Below are positions 63,131-64,000 of a stretch of 64,000 bases of DNA, in pieces. The position numbers and the translations under genes are program-made. Source of the DNA: Mytilus californianus (lineage: Eukaryota); NCBI RefSeq assembly GCF_021869535.1, contig NW_026262734.1, positions 44,454,001 through 44,518,000 on the forward strand. The letters run 5' to 3'. Every line of letters begins with the position of its first letter. Position 1 is the first letter of the stretch. The notes below the pieces were generated by a model. The model saw nothing but the letters and a program-made list of their open reading frames with translations. It searched no databases and had not been told where the DNA came from.

Positions 63131-64000
63131 TGATCATGGATGTCAAATGAATCATATCAATCTACTTTGATTAAACTATAACAATCTTGAAATTTATACA
63201 ATAAAACAGTCAAACCGAACATCATAGTTTAGACGCTTGTACAATTCTAAAATTTTTTAAACATGACATAGGTTATATAGCTATTTACAACAGAGACTGC
63301 AAAGATATGCTTCAAATAAAAAAAGTAATGTGCGATATGAACTGGCACAATTCTAAAGTTTAAAAGGGGACGACAGTTACGATGTTACAAGAACGATTAC
63401 GTGAATAAACATTCCAAATAAACAGCACTGACCGATCTAAGTTTGTAAATATTTCAAATTTGACAACGGTAGAGTAATTACAACAGAGGCTGCGTATTTA
63501 AACATCCCAAATAAATAGCAGTTAAAAAATATAATAATAAATTTCGACTAAGGTTAAATAGTTAAACGTGACTGGGTACTTTTACATCCCTCCAAAATGA
63601 ATAGAACCAAGCAATTTAAACTGATATAATTACAAAAATATTTAGAGTTGAGTAAGGTAAAGAAATAGAATACCTTTTATAGCTGACTATACGGTATGGA
63701 CTTTACTCATTGTTGAAGGCCGTACGGTGACCCATAGTTGTTAATTTCTGTGTCATTTGGTCTCTTGTGGAGAGTTGTCTCATTTCTTATTTTTATAGTT
63801 CATATTTGTTCATTGTAAAAATAAATATTTTTTGTCACCACCCTATAATTAAGACTGGCACCTTTTGGTGGTAGATGACACTGATTGACAATCAAATAAA
63901 GAGATTTCAAACACAAAGAATATTAATGTTGAGTCAAGAAATTTACCGACGTTAGCGATTCAGAAAATATCTGTAGGAGGAGCGTATAAAAATAGTCCTA

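Overview
AT-rich eukaryotic (intron-containing) DNA; the repeat landscape suggests a bivalve such as Mytilus (inference, not tested). Two host genes, built by hand from splice sites and largely missed by the ORF track, sit head-to-head ~2.4 kb apart. (1) On the minus strand, the 5' part of a matrix metalloproteinase: 5 exons with signal peptide, PRCGVAD cysteine switch and the start of the catalytic domain, running off the left edge. (2) On the plus strand, a complete 9-exon, 325-aa PLP-dependent serine/aspartate racemase-family gene (10968-30173) with a non-standard His-Thr-Ser specificity loop. Its 11.3-kb intron 7 holds a full-length, intact CR1/L2-group LINE (10-bp TSD, ORF1, APE-RT ORF2 carrying a 2A 'StopGo' motif GDIEPNPGP). 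That LINE is inserted inside an older, antisense, decayed LINE. The rest is mostly mobile DNA: Naiad-type Penelope-like element fragments and their 3' ends, four minimal hammerhead-ribozyme motifs of three families, two tRNA-derived SINEs, MITEs, long palindromes and tandem repeats. Several exon-like segments remain unexplained. No CRISPR, rRNA or genuine tRNA gene was found.
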